This document shows, piece after piece, positions 50,193 through 60,017 of a DNA stretch of 64,000 nt (positions are counted from its first letter, which is position 1; every line of letters begins with the position of its first letter). Location of the stretch: NCBI RefSeq assembly GCF_031200575.1, contig NZ_CP133597.1, positions 1,732,571-1,796,570 on the forward strand, read 5' to 3'. The notes under the pieces are model-generated. The model worked only from the letters and a program-made list of their open reading frames with translations. It was not told where the DNA came from and did no database searches. The DNA is from Ferroplasma sp. Its GTDB lineage: Archaea; Thermoplasmatota; Thermoplasmata; Thermoplasmatales; Thermoplasmataceae. Both the position numbers and the translations under genes were made by a program.

Positions 50193-51500
50193 TTGATGGA
50201 AAAATCCAGGGCTTTTCTTTTGCTATTGTTAATCGGGGTAATACTTATAGTGGTTGCTGCACCGCTGTTGCAGCATGGATCATCTGCTATCCATGATGAA
50301 GCATCCAGCAGGGAGGTTCTGGTCATAAATTTAACAGGGTCTATAGATCCGGGAACGTATAGCATGATTAAATCAGATCTGCATGGTGTAAGCAGTTCCT
50401 CTGTTAGGGCAGTTATAATCAACATAAATGCAGGATCTGGCATGTTAAAGAGTGCACTGGATATGGATAAATGCATAAATTCCACTGAAAATTCCGGGAT
50501 AAAGGTTTATGCCTACATTGGACCAGGAGCATCAGCTGTAAATGCAGGTTCATATGTGGCCATGGATGCAGATGGAATTTATATGGCCCCAGGTTCATCA
50601 ATCGGCAGGGCTAAACCCTACATCATAGCGGGATCACAGGAGGAAGAAAATGCTGATGCCCTGAATATGGGTAATATAATGTCAGCATTAGCTTCATCAC
50701 ATGGTAGAAACGGTACCTATGCCATGGAAATGGTTACAGGCGATACTGTATATGATTCCTCTGTTGCAATTTCTGATAATGTGGCAAACGGGAGGTCCCC
50801 GAGCCTGGGGGGGTTTATTGCAGAAATGAATCTTAGCTCATACGGCATACACTACAGTGAGGAGAATTTATATGAAAACTTTATTGGGTTCCTTGGAAGC
50901 CCATTTACTGCAGGGCTTCTGATACTTACTGGCATAATAGCAGTATTTTTTGACCTTTACCATGGAACAATTGTGCTTTCTGTGCTGGGGGTTGCATTGA
51001 TAGTCCTTGGAATTATAGGTGCAGCCCTCATAGACGCATCAGTCATAGGGCTCCTTCTGCTCCTTCTGGCCGGGATACTTATATTCATAGAATTTGAAAC
51101 AAATCACGGCGTGGCCCTATTGCTTGGATTGATTTCAGGTATTGCAGGCGTTTATTTTCTTGGGTCTTCCTATGGAACAAACAGCCCCGGATACTCTCCG
51201 GATCCATATGGTGAGGGATTCTACCTGACATCAATTGCTATCATCCTGCTGGGAATGCTAATGGTAGTTTATATAAGCAGGATATTGAAATCGCAGATAA
51301 GGGAACACTATACCGGAATCGAGTCACTTATAGGCCACAGCGCAGAGGTTAAGACAGCCATGGGAACAAATGGCAGGGGCTTTGTTGCAATAGAGGGTGT
51401 CCAGTGGAGGGCACTCAACATCGGCGTCCCTGTCAACAGAAATGATAGGGTGATAATAATTGAACGCAGGGGACTTACCCTGATAGTAAAAAAGATTTGA
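50193..51500 (+). CDS. NfeD-family membrane-bound ClpP-class serine protease (long form)
   Basis: N-terminal signal/anchor, ClpP-like domain (INLTGSIDPG...SAGSYVAMDAD), a central multi-TM block and a C-terminal OB domain (GFVAIEGVQWRA). Confidence 0.8.
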   Translation: MMEKSRAFLLLLLIGVILIVVAAPLLQHGSSAIHDEASSREVLVINLTGSIDPGTYSMIKSDLHGVSSSSVRAVIININAGSGMLKSALDMDKCINSTENSGIKVYAYIGPGASAVNAGSYVAMDADGIYMAPGSSIGRAKPYIIAGSQEEENADALNMGNIMSALASSHGRNGTYAMEMVTGDTVYDSSVAISDNVANGRSPSLGGFIAEMNLSSYGIHYSEENLYENFIGFLGSPFTAGLLILTGIIAVFFDLYHGTIVLSVLGVALIVLGIIGAALIDASVIGLLLLLLAGILIFIEFETNHGVALLLGLISGIAGVYFLGSSYGTNSPGYSPDPYGEGFYLTSIAIILLGMLMVVYISRILKSQIREHYTGIESLIGHSAEVKTAMGTNGRGFVAIEGVQWRALNIGVPVNRNDRVIIIERRGLTLIVKKI

Positions 51501-51541
51501 TTCTGGACTATCTTTATATCTTTTCTGTAAATACAGACATA

Positions 51542-52480
51542 ATGTACATACTTGGATATGATGTGGGTGGTACCAAAATTTCAACTGTCATTGGAAATGA
51601 AAGTGGGGAGATCATAGGAAAAATTGTACGGAGAACAGCCAGAGAGTATGGCAAAACAGGAATAACAGAACAGTTGATTTCCATGGGCGAGGATCTGATA
51701 GAGAAGAAAAACATCGATAAAATTTCAAAAATTGGTATAATATTTGCAGGGCCTGTGGATTCCGAAAAGGGCGTAATAATATCATCCCCTAATATAATTG
51801 GATTAAAAAATTATAACATCACTGAGGAACTGAAGAATCATTTCAAGGTTCCGGTTTATCTCCAGAATGATGCAATAGCATCCACAATTGCTGAAAAACT
51901 TTATGGATCAGGTAAAAACTATTCAAATTTTGTATACATGACTCTGAGTACCGGTATCGGCGGCGGTATTTTTATAAACAACAGGCTTTATAAGGGGTCA
52001 CATGGTATGGCTGGAGAATTCGGGCATATGGTTATCCTTCCCAATGGACCGCTATGTGGCTGTGGCAGGCGCGGATGCCTTGAGGCCCTTGCCAGTGGCA
52101 GGGGAATAACGAGGAGGGTTGTGGAGAACATCAGCGCCATAAAAAATTCCACCATATTTTCTGACATGAATCCGGGCGACATAGATGCCAAGGAGATATT
52201 CGCTGCCAAGGAATCAGGAGATATGTTCGCACAGCTCATAGTTGAGGAAACCATATATTATCTTGCTGTAGGGCTTGTGAATATAATTAATGCACTGGAC
52301 CCGGATGCGATTATAATAGGCGGTGGCATATCAAGGGAGGGGGATAATTTATTCAAGCCCTTAAGGCTTGCAGTAAAGGAGGAAATGAAATCCATGAAAC
52401 GGCCAGTAAAGATAATAAAGGCTCTGGATAACGGTGCGGACCTTGGATGCATTGCCATAACACAGTATGAGGAAATGTGA
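51542..52480 (+). CDS. ROK family sugar kinase (glucokinase-like)
   Basis: MYILGYDVGGTKIS ATP-binding start, GIGGGIFIN, and the ROK Zn motif GHMVILPNGPLCGCGRRGCLE. The ORF-track TTG start at 51497 was judged less likely. Confidence 0.85.
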   Translation: MYILGYDVGGTKISTVIGNESGEIIGKIVRRTAREYGKTGITEQLISMGEDLIEKKNIDKISKIGIIFAGPVDSEKGVIISSPNIIGLKNYNITEELKNHFKVPVYLQNDAIASTIAEKLYGSGKNYSNFVYMTLSTGIGGGIFINNRLYKGSHGMAGEFGHMVILPNGPLCGCGRRGCLEALASGRGITRRVVENISAIKNSTIFSDMNPGDIDAKEIFAAKESGDMFAQLIVEETIYYLAVGLVNIINALDPDAIIIGGGISREGDNLFKPLRLAVKEEMKSMKRPVKIIKALDNGADLGCIAITQYEEM

Positions 52481-52584
52481 CATCATTCTATCTCTAAAGA
52501 TCCGGGATTCCCACTTAAGAGTTAACTAATTCCCCCTAAACTAGGGCATGGTATTCCATGTTTTCTGGCTAATTTATTTTTTAA

Positions 52585-52854
52585 TCAACCTAATTGCCTT
52601 TTCGGGGCATGAAACCACGCAATCCCCGCTGATTTGCACAGATCTATGTGTAATGGTGATCCTACTATGTTATTATGGATCCTTGCCTTAAATTTTCCCA
52701 TAAAGGTCAATCCGTTTATTTCTTCAGATGTTCGTGGCCTCAATTCAAACACATTTTCAGGACACACAGCAACACACTGCCCCTTCGCCTCGCATTTTGA
52801 CTGGTCTACTACTGGCATGGTTCCATTATTCTTGCATGATATATCTTCTGCCAT
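52585..52854 (-). CDS. ferredoxin-like Fe-S protein; the 3' end appears frameshifted (an alternative frame ending at 52574 restores the second cluster motif)
   Basis: First motif CEAKGQCVAVCPENVF, which is CxxCxxCxxxCP with Lys in place of the second Cys. After LCK the annotated frame gives SAGIAWFHAPKRQLG, whereas the neighbouring frame reads SGDCVVSCPEKAIRLIKK. Confidence 0.6.
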   Translation of the reverse strand: MAEDISCKNNGTMPVVDQSKCEAKGQCVAVCPENVFELRPRTSEEINGLTFMGKFKARIHNNIVGSPLHIDLCKSAGIAWFHAPKRQLG

Positions 52855-52972
52855 CTGTGGGAATTATCCACACCATTTCAATATTTCTGTTAATATTTTT
52901 AATTATATATCAAAATAACTCATGAAATACAAAATATTAAATAATATCATTGGCTAGTATTTATAGGGTGTT

Positions 52973-54001
52973 GTGGTGTCTGTTTATAATGCTGTGGTTT
53001 TGAGGTCAATAAAGAGGAATATATCAAGGGTAAAAAATAAAAAATTACCCACTATAGCCGGTCATAAACTGCTATATGAATGTAATTTAAGGTGCAAAAT
53101 GTGTCCGTTCTGGAGGAGGCCGGACAGCAAATTATTATCCATGGATCAGGAAATTGCAATGATGGAAAAATTAAAGGAGGCAGGAGTATCATACTTAGGA
53201 TTTGAAGGCGGTGAGCCCCTGTTAAGAAATGATACACCTGATATACTCAGGGAAAGCCATAAAAGATTTCACACATCTATGGTAACAAACGGGTGGAGGC
53301 TTGAGAAAAAAATAAAGGAAATTTCAAATTCATTGGATTTTCTCTTTGTTTCAATTGATGGGAATAAGGAGGTTCATGATACAATGAGGGGCATGAGTGG
53401 ATCCTTCGAGCATGCAATAAGAGGGATCAACGCATCAAAGCGTGCAGTTCCGGTGGCCATGAGCTCTACCATAACCAGGGAGAATATTGACACAGTACAG
53501 GATATACTTGATATTGGGGATGATCTTGATGTTCCCATAAATTTCCAGATCGAATATGACTATTCTACCGCAGAGAAGATCTCGCCAGAGAAGGATAAAC
53601 TTCTTTCGGTCCTTAACATGCTTATTGAAAGTAAAAAAAATGACGGCCCTATTATGAATACTGTGCAGTATTTTGAATCCATAAAAAATTCATGGTTTTA
53701 TGGAATGAAATGGGAATGCAGGCCCTGGTTAACAATCAACATAGATCCAGAGGGTAGGGTGGTAACACCGTGCTATATAATAAACGAGTATTCTGGAGCA
53801 GATTATGTCTGGAATATGGATATTAAAAAGATGTGGAACAGCTTTGACTGGGAACCCTACAGGTCATGCAATAAATGCGCACTTTCCTGTTATCTGGAGC
53901 CCTCACTTTTCAAATGGACAAAGCCTGCAATGGTTAAAAGCAGAATCATTGACGCAACAATAGATTATATAAAGTTCAACGCATCAAGAAAGGGATATTA
54001 G
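52973..54001 (+). CDS. radical SAM protein with Cys-rich C-terminal (SPASM/twitch-like) region
   Basis: CNLRCKMCPFW (CxxxCxxC), GFEGGEPLLR, and C-terminal PCYIINE...SCNKCALSCYLEP. GTG start. Confidence 0.8.
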   Translation: MVSVYNAVVLRSIKRNISRVKNKKLPTIAGHKLLYECNLRCKMCPFWRRPDSKLLSMDQEIAMMEKLKEAGVSYLGFEGGEPLLRNDTPDILRESHKRFHTSMVTNGWRLEKKIKEISNSLDFLFVSIDGNKEVHDTMRGMSGSFEHAIRGINASKRAVPVAMSSTITRENIDTVQDILDIGDDLDVPINFQIEYDYSTAEKISPEKDKLLSVLNMLIESKKNDGPIMNTVQYFESIKNSWFYGMKWECRPWLTINIDPEGRVVTPCYIINEYSGADYVWNMDIKKMWNSFDWEPYRSCNKCALSCYLEPSLFKWTKPAMVKSRIIDATIDYIKFNASRKGY

Positions 54002-54015
54002 GATATCTTCAAAAG

Positions 54016-54089
54016 AGCCGCCGACGGGATTCGGTCCCGCGACCTCGTGCTTACCAAGCACGCGCTCTACCAGGCTGAGCTACGACGGC
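54016..54089 (-). tRNA. tRNA-Thr (anticodon GGU), no encoded CCA
   Basis: Hand-folded from the reverse complement: acceptor GCCGUCG/CGGCGGC (one G-U pair), D arm GCUC-AGCCUGGUA-GAGC, anticodon arm CGUGC-UUGGUAA-GCACG, variable AGGUC, T arm GCGGG-ACCGAAU-CCCGU, discriminator U. Confidence 0.9.
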
Positions 54090-54110
54090 ATTATGGGTTA
54101 ATCATAAGTG

Positions 54111-54118
54111 AATATAAA
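54111..54118 (-). promoter_or_regulatory. candidate TATA box for tRNA-Thr
   Basis: TTTATATT on the minus strand, 22-29 nt upstream of the tRNA 5' end, which is typical archaeal spacing. Confidence 0.4.
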
Positions 54119-54178
54119 TTATTTTTGAATTTTCACAAGAATAAAGAGTTAAATACCCTTAACTGATAATTAATACTC

Positions 54179-56272
54179 ATGATTAACCAGGACATAGAAG
54201 CGGACGACATTAAGCGTCAGTGGATAGGATTTTTCGACCAGTATGATTACAATGACCAGATAAATAAATTGAGAAGTGACTATCCCGATGTAAAATCTCT
54301 TTATATTTCATACAGCGACCTTACAGGTTACAGTTCTGAGTTTGCTGAGGCCCTGATGAAAGATCCTTACTATTATATCACAATTGGGGAATTTTATATA
54401 AAAGAAACTCTGGGAATAACGAATAATAAGGTTCGCAGGCTTAACATCCGCCTGGTAAATGTACCGGATATTAGCGGAATAAAATATGAAATAAGGAATG
54501 TCAGGAGCACAAATGTAAATTCGTACATATCCATAAATGGAATAATAAGGAAAAATACTGAAGTTTTACCCAGGCTTCAGAATGCGGCATTCAAATGCCC
54601 GGCATGTGGCGAACTGACCATAGTTCCGGAGGACATACAGAAACTATTTGAACCCACAGCATGCCAGGCCTGCGGCTGGAATAAGGGAAAACTCAAGCTC
54701 ATACCTGAGGAATCAGAATTTGTTGATACCCAGAAACTGGAAATACAGGAAAATCCTGACAGCATAGACGGGACTTCACAGCCGCAGAGGCTTACACTGA
54801 TAATTGAGGATGATATAACTGGAAAGATATATCCCGGGGACAGGGTAACAGTTTACGGCATACTGAAGGCCGATGAAAAACACATAGGCAATACTATGCT
54901 GACGGAATACAACATTTACCTGAATGTGAACAATTTCAGAAAGGAAACAAGGGATTTCGAGGAGATAAAGATCAATGATGAGGATGAGAAAAAGATCAGG
55001 GAGCTTGCAAAGGAGCCAAATATAATCGACCGGCTCGCCAAATCCATAGCCCCATCAATATATGGACTTGATGTAATCAAAAAATCCCTTGTGCTCCAGC
55101 TCTTCGGTGGGGTCAGGAAAGTCATGAAGGATGGTACACATATCAGAGGTGATATACATATACTAATGATAGGCGATCCGGGAACAGCTAAATCACAGCT
55201 TTTAAGATATATGACGTATATATCACCCAGGAGTGTCTTTGCATTTGGAAAGGGATCCAGTGCGGCCGGGCTTACTGCAGCAGCTGTCAGGGATGATTTC
55301 GGGGAGGGCAGGTGGACACTTGAGGCTGGGGCATTAGTACTTGCTGATAACGGCTTTGCAGCCATAGACGAGCTGGATAAAATGGATAAAAATGATACAG
55401 CATCAATGCATGAAGCCATGGAACAGCAATCTGTAACAATATCAAAGGCAGGAATCATGGCAACGCTGAAGTCCAGATGCTCCATACTGGCGGCGGCAAA
55501 CCCAAGATTCGGTAGGTATGACCCAATGAAGACCATTGCTGAGCAGACTGAATTCCCGCCCCCACTTCTCTCAAGATTTGATATTATATTTAAGCTCATA
55601 GACACGCCAAATCGTGAGATAGATGACAAGCTGGCTGAACACGTTCTCAAAACCAACCGCCTTGGTGAAATTTACAGAAGCATGGAAAACAGCAATATAG
55701 ACATTACCGTCCCTGATGAAGAGAATTTCATAGCAGAGCTGGATAAGGACCTGATAAGAAAATATGTATCATATGCCAAAAATCGTGTTTTCCCTAGGTT
55801 GAGTGATGACGCTATAAGCATATTGAAGGAGGAGTATGTAAAAACCAGGTCCAGTGGAATAGACTCGGTTCCGATTACCGCCAGGCAGCTGGAATCAACA
55901 ATTAGGCTTGCAGAGGCAGCCGCAAGGGCACGCCTTTCACCTATAATAACCGTAGAGGATGCCCTTCTTGCAAAGGGGGTTGTTGATTATTACCTAAAAG
56001 AGGTTTCGGCCATGAACGGACAGGTGGACATTGACATACTAAGTACCGGGATCAGCACAAAGCAGAGAACAGAGCTTGAGGTTGTCCTTTCTGTGATCAA
56101 GGAGGCAAAGGAAAGCATGGGCGAGCAGAAAAAAGCCCCGGAAATAGAAACTGTACTGGAAATGCTGAAACAGAAGGGAATAAGCAGGGAACGGGCAGAA
56201 ACTGACCTTGCTAGGCTGAAAAGCGATGGTTTTATCTATGAACCACAGAATAAAAGGGTAGATCTAATTTGA
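54179..56272 (+). CDS. mcm: MCM replicative helicase
   Basis: Zn motif CPACG...CQACG, Walker A GDPGTAKSQ, Walker B AAIDELDKM, arginine finger SRFDIIF, C-terminal wHTH. Confidence 0.95.
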   Translation: MINQDIEADDIKRQWIGFFDQYDYNDQINKLRSDYPDVKSLYISYSDLTGYSSEFAEALMKDPYYYITIGEFYIKETLGITNNKVRRLNIRLVNVPDISGIKYEIRNVRSTNVNSYISINGIIRKNTEVLPRLQNAAFKCPACGELTIVPEDIQKLFEPTACQACGWNKGKLKLIPEESEFVDTQKLEIQENPDSIDGTSQPQRLTLIIEDDITGKIYPGDRVTVYGILKADEKHIGNTMLTEYNIYLNVNNFRKETRDFEEIKINDEDEKKIRELAKEPNIIDRLAKSIAPSIYGLDVIKKSLVLQLFGGVRKVMKDGTHIRGDIHILMIGDPGTAKSQLLRYMTYISPRSVFAFGKGSSAAGLTAAAVRDDFGEGRWTLEAGALVLADNGFAAIDELDKMDKNDTASMHEAMEQQSVTISKAGIMATLKSRCSILAAANPRFGRYDPMKTIAEQTEFPPPLLSRFDIIFKLIDTPNREIDDKLAEHVLKTNRLGEIYRSMENSNIDITVPDEENFIAELDKDLIRKYVSYAKNRVFPRLSDDAISILKEEYVKTRSSGIDSVPITARQLESTIRLAEAAARARLSPIITVEDALLAKGVVDYYLKEVSAMNGQVDIDILSTGISTKQRTELEVVLSVIKEAKESMGEQKKAPEIETVLEMLKQKGISRERAETDLARLKSDGFIYEPQNKRVDLI

Positions 56273-56283
56273 ACACTATTAAT

Positions 56284-56571
56284 ATGAAAATACTTAATAT
56301 CAACGGAGAGGTGCTGCTGGCTGCAGCGGACAGTGAGCTTATCAACAGAAACCTCAGGGAGGGAAAATTGCATCTGGAGGTAAAGCAGGATTTTTATGGG
56401 GAAATGAAAGTTTCTGAGGAAACTCTTATATCGTCTCTGAGGATATGCACCATAGCAAACCTTGTGGGTGAACGTGTGGTAAATGCTGCAATTGAGGCTA
56501 ATTATATAGATCGGGAAAACGTAATAAGAATAGAAGGGATACCCCATGCACAGCTGGCAAAAATAGTCTAA
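56284..56571 (+). CDS. DUF424 family archaeal protein
   Basis: MKILNINGEVLLAAADSELI...LVGERVVNAAIEANYIDRENVIRIEGIPHAQ resembles the conserved DUF424 family. The ATG at 56284 is preferred over the TTG at 56269, which overlaps the MCM stop. Confidence 0.55.
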   Translation: MKILNINGEVLLAAADSELINRNLREGKLHLEVKQDFYGEMKVSEETLISSLRICTIANLVGERVVNAAIEANYIDRENVIRIEGIPHAQLAKIV

Positions 56572-56670
56572 TCCAGTTCTGGACGGGACTTGAGAGAGTT
56601 CACAATCCAATGGTAAAGGATATATATAGTTAAATAATAGGGAATAACTTACAATTAACAGGATGGTAAT

Positions 56671-57150
56671 ATGGCTGATAACAAGAAAAATGATGAAAAT
56701 TTTCAGTATATCGTTCGAATAGCGAATAAAGATATTAAGGGAGAGAGGAAGCTAAATCTGGCACTGGCAGATGTTAACGGGATAGGTGACAGGCTGGCAA
56801 CGATACTTATTAAAAAGTTCAACCTCGACAAAAACAGGCAGATAGGAGAACTCAGCGAAGATGAGATTCTGGAAATAAGAAAGTATGTAGAAAACAAAGA
56901 ATATGATGGCATGCCTGTTTGGCTTTTAAACCACCGCAAGGATATTGCAACAGGAAAGGACTTGAATTTACTCTCAAATGATTTGAATTTACAGATTAAT
57001 GATGATATAAACCTTATGAAGAAAATGAGATCCTATCGTGGATTAAGACATGAACAGGGCCATAAGGTAAGGGGACAGAAAACACGTTCCAACGGAAGGC
57101 ACGGACTTTCTATGGGAGTCATAAGAAAGAAACAGGAACAGAAAAAATAA
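56671..57150 (+). CDS. rps13: 30S ribosomal protein S13 (uS13)
   Basis: FQYIVRIANKDIKGERKLNLALADVNGIGDRLA, MRSYRGLRHEQGHKVRGQKTRSNGR. Confidence 0.95.
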   Translation: MADNKKNDENFQYIVRIANKDIKGERKLNLALADVNGIGDRLATILIKKFNLDKNRQIGELSEDEILEIRKYVENKEYDGMPVWLLNHRKDIATGKDLNLLSNDLNLQINDDINLMKKMRSYRGLRHEQGHKVRGQKTRSNGRHGLSMGVIRKKQEQKK

Positions 57151-57159
57151 GGTGATGTG

Positions 57160-57744
57160 ATGGGAGACCAAAAATTTCAGAGAAAAAGATATTCAACTCC
57201 AAGACACCCATGGGAGAAGGAGAGAATAGATTATGAAAGGCAGATTGTAATAAAGTATGGTTTGAAAAATAAAAGGGAGCTTTGGAAGGCACAGGCTGTT
57301 TTATCTTCCTACAGGGCCCAGGCAAGAAACCTCCAGGCAAAGGTCAGGTATAACGACCCTGTTGCTGAAAAACAGTTCCAGCTATTATTGAAAAAGCTGG
57401 ACAGGTTAAGCCTTCTGAGCGAGGGTGCAACCCTGGATGATATACTTGCACTTACACTGGAAAATATACTTGATAGAAGACTCCAAACACTTGTATACCA
57501 GCTCAACATGGCAACAACCATGAAGCAGGCACGCCAGCTCATTACCCATGGCCACATAAAGGTTGGGGACCATGTGGTAACAATCCCTAGCCTCGCTGTA
57601 GAGAAAGGGGTGGAGGATACCATAACATATAATGAAAAATCTCCATTTTCAGATGATAAACATCCAATCAGGCTTGTTCTGGCAGGGATGAAGGAAAATG
57701 AGGCTGCTGAAGAGGATCAGAAGGACAAGGGTGAATCACAATGA
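57160..57744 (+). CDS. rps4: 30S ribosomal protein S4 (uS4)
   Basis: [22 protein letters not shown] and the S4 domain [10 protein letters not shown]...[24 protein letters not shown] Shine-Dalgarno-like element just upstream of the ATG at 57160. Confidence 0.95.
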   Translation: MGDQKFQRKRYSTPRHPWEKERIDYERQIVIKYGLKNKRELWKAQAVLSSYRAQARNLQAKVRYNDPVAEKQFQLLLKKLDRLSLLSEGATLDDILALTLENILDRRLQTLVYQLNMATTMKQARQLITHGHIKVGDHVVTIPSLAVEKGVEDTITYNEKSPFSDDKHPIRLVLAGMKENEAAEEDQKDKGESQ

Positions 57745-58124
57745 ATAAGGTAGGAATAGCACATATCTATGCATCGCAGAACAATACAATAATACTTATC
57801 ACAGACCAGACAGGTTCTGAAACAATTGCAAAATCAACAGGAGGTATGGTTGTAAAAAATGATAGGGAAGAATCCAGTCCCTACGCAGCCATGAAGGCAT
57901 CAGATATAATAACAGAGAAGCTCAGGGAAAAGGAGATAACCGACCTCATAATAAGGGTGAGAGCCCCAGGAGGCAGCAGATCAAGAATACCGGGTCCAGG
58001 AGCACAATCTGCAATAAGGACACTGTCAAGGGCAGGATTCAAAATCCTCAGAATTGAGGAGGTAACACCCACACCTCATGATGGCACAAAGAAGAAAGGC
58101 GGCAAGAGGGGAAGGAGAGTTTAA
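57741..58124 (+). CDS. rps11: 30S ribosomal protein S11 (uS11)
   Basis: [54 protein letters not shown] overlap with S4. Confidence 0.95.
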   Translation: MNKVGIAHIYASQNNTIILITDQTGSETIAKSTGGMVVKNDREESSPYAAMKASDIITEKLREKEITDLIIRVRAPGGSRSRIPGPGAQSAIRTLSRAGFKILRIEEVTPTPHDGTKKKGGKRGRRV

Positions 58125-58126
58125 TC

Positions 58127-58939
58127 ATGCTTAAGATTATTGAACTGAAGGATAATTTTATAAGATTTTCCATAGACGGGATTACACCTGGCATAGCCAA
58201 TTCAATTAGACGTACACTTATAAACGATATTCCGAAGCTGGCAATAGAGAACGTTATTTTCCATCATGGAGAAATCCGGGATGCGGATGGAAATGTATAC
58301 GACTCCTCACTTCCACTCTTTGATGAGGTTCTGGCTTCCAGACTTGGGCTTATACCGCTTAAAACAGATATTTCAATGAATTTCAGGGACCAGTGCACAT
58401 GTGGCGGAAAGGGCTGTGATTTATGCACCGTTACATATTCAATAAATAAACTTGGGCCAGGCACTGTATATTCATCTGATATAATGCCCGTGAATAACCC
58501 TGACCTCAAACCGACAGATCCGCTTATCCCCATAATAGAACTCAAAAAGAGCCAGGCGGTACTGGTAACCTGTGAAGCTATACTCGGAAGGGGTTCAGAG
58601 CATGCAAAATGGCAGGCTACTTCAGGTGTTTCATATAAGTATCACCGTAATTTCCATGTAAATAAGGAGGTAATGGACAACTGGGAGTTCTATAAACAGA
58701 CATGCCCCAAATCAATAGTCAGCGAAAATGAAAACACTATAGTATTTACCGATGATATACCATGCAGTTATCTATCACAGCTAATGGAGCGTGATGGTGT
58801 GGTGGTTGAAGAGGATGAAAATAACTTTATTTTCAAGTTTGAAACAGATGGTTCACTGAGCGCCGTCGATGTCTTAAAATACGCTTTAAAGAGATTGCCT
58901 GAAAGATTCACCTCCCTGATGGAAAGCCTATCAGATTGA
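58127..58939 (+). CDS. rpoD: DNA-directed RNA polymerase subunit D
   Basis: Follows S13-S4-S11 as in other archaea. [13 protein letters not shown], the [11 protein letters not shown] motif, and the dimerisation-domain pattern. Confidence 0.9.
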   Translation: MLKIIELKDNFIRFSIDGITPGIANSIRRTLINDIPKLAIENVIFHHGEIRDADGNVYDSSLPLFDEVLASRLGLIPLKTDISMNFRDQCTCGGKGCDLCTVTYSINKLGPGTVYSSDIMPVNNPDLKPTDPLIPIIELKKSQAVLVTCEAILGRGSEHAKWQATSGVSYKYHRNFHVNKEVMDNWEFYKQTCPKSIVSENENTIVFTDDIPCSYLSQLMERDGVVVEEDENNFIFKFETDGSLSAVDVLKYALKRLPERFTSLMESLSD

Positions 58940-59052
58940 ATAAAATTTAGAAAGGCTAATTCCATATGGCAGTCCCGTCCATGAATTATTTAAAATTTTT
59001 AATGGATGAAAGTTTATAAAATTTTAAAATGTTTTTTTCTCTATTTTACTAA

Positions 59053-59910
59053 TTAAAGCCCGAATATGAAGAACATATGTAACAGTGCAGGATAGGATTC
59101 GAATGCAACATATATTCCCACAAGTACTATGATTACAGAGAATACCTTTCTAAGAGTCCCCTTCTTTCCACCCAGATTTACTGAGAGCTTGGTACCGAGG
59201 TATCCGCCAAATATTCCGCCGAGAACGTACACAACTGCAACAAGGATTAGAACATCCCCAACAATCCCACTGCTTATATATTGGAGTCCTGGAGCAACCA
59301 TGGCATACCTTATAGCGGTAACAACCCCGAAAGTACCTACCGCCAGAAGAGATGTACCTATAACCATTCCTATTTTTATTTTCGAAGAGGCGAGCATTCC
59401 AGGAACTATGAGAAATCCACCACCGATTCCAAAAAATCCTGAGGCAAATCCCACTATGAGGGAATAAGCTGAAACCTTTCCGTATTTCGTACTTTTTGCT
59501 CTTTCCTTGCAATCCTCATCTGGAACTGCCCTGCATTTGCTTATATACATATAAATTCCTATGATGATCATCAACATAGAGAAGAAAAAGAGCAGTTCTC
59601 CCCCCTTGATAATAAGCCCTATGGTTGAACCTATTAATACTCCTATGATACCCACCAGGGCAAATACACCACCAAGCTTAATATTTGCATTTTTCTTCCT
59701 TAGATGCTGGGCAAAATTTATATAAGCTGTTATACCGACTGCGAGCGCAGTGGTGCCTATAGCCAGATGCGGGTGATGAATGCCAACAAAATAAATGAAC
59801 AGTGGAACTGCTAGTATGGAACCTCCACCACCTATGAGGCCCAGGCTAAATCCCACAGCCACCCCAGAAACTATGGCCAGGATATACTGGATTAATGTTA
59901 TATCTATCAT
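59053..59910 (-). CDS. TauE/SafE (TSUP) family anion exporter
   Basis: 285 aa, about 8 TM, with the duplicated GxGGG motif (LIGGGGSILAVP and FFGIGGGFLIVP). Confidence 0.8.
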   Translation of the reverse strand: MIDITLIQYILAIVSGVAVGFSLGLIGGGGSILAVPLFIYFVGIHHPHLAIGTTALAVGITAYINFAQHLRKKNANIKLGGVFALVGIIGVLIGSTIGLIIKGGELLFFFSMLMIIIGIYMYISKCRAVPDEDCKERAKSTKYGKVSAYSLIVGFASGFFGIGGGFLIVPGMLASSKIKIGMVIGTSLLAVGTFGVVTAIRYAMVAPGLQYISSGIVGDVLILVAVVYVLGGIFGGYLGTKLSVNLGGKKGTLRKVFSVIIVLVGIYVAFESYPALLHMFFIFGL

Positions 59911-60017
59911 TTAATACCGCATGAGTATTGCAATTGTGTATAAATACATTATTCATATAGTAATAAAAATATTCATAACAATGGAAAATCAGCAAAGAAA
60001 ATAATTATTTATGAGTT

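Noticed and set aside
54916-55656. 246-aa ORF antisense to MCM
   Set aside because: MCM motifs on the plus strand are unambiguous. The antisense frame is low-complexity (Ser-rich) with no recognisable domain.
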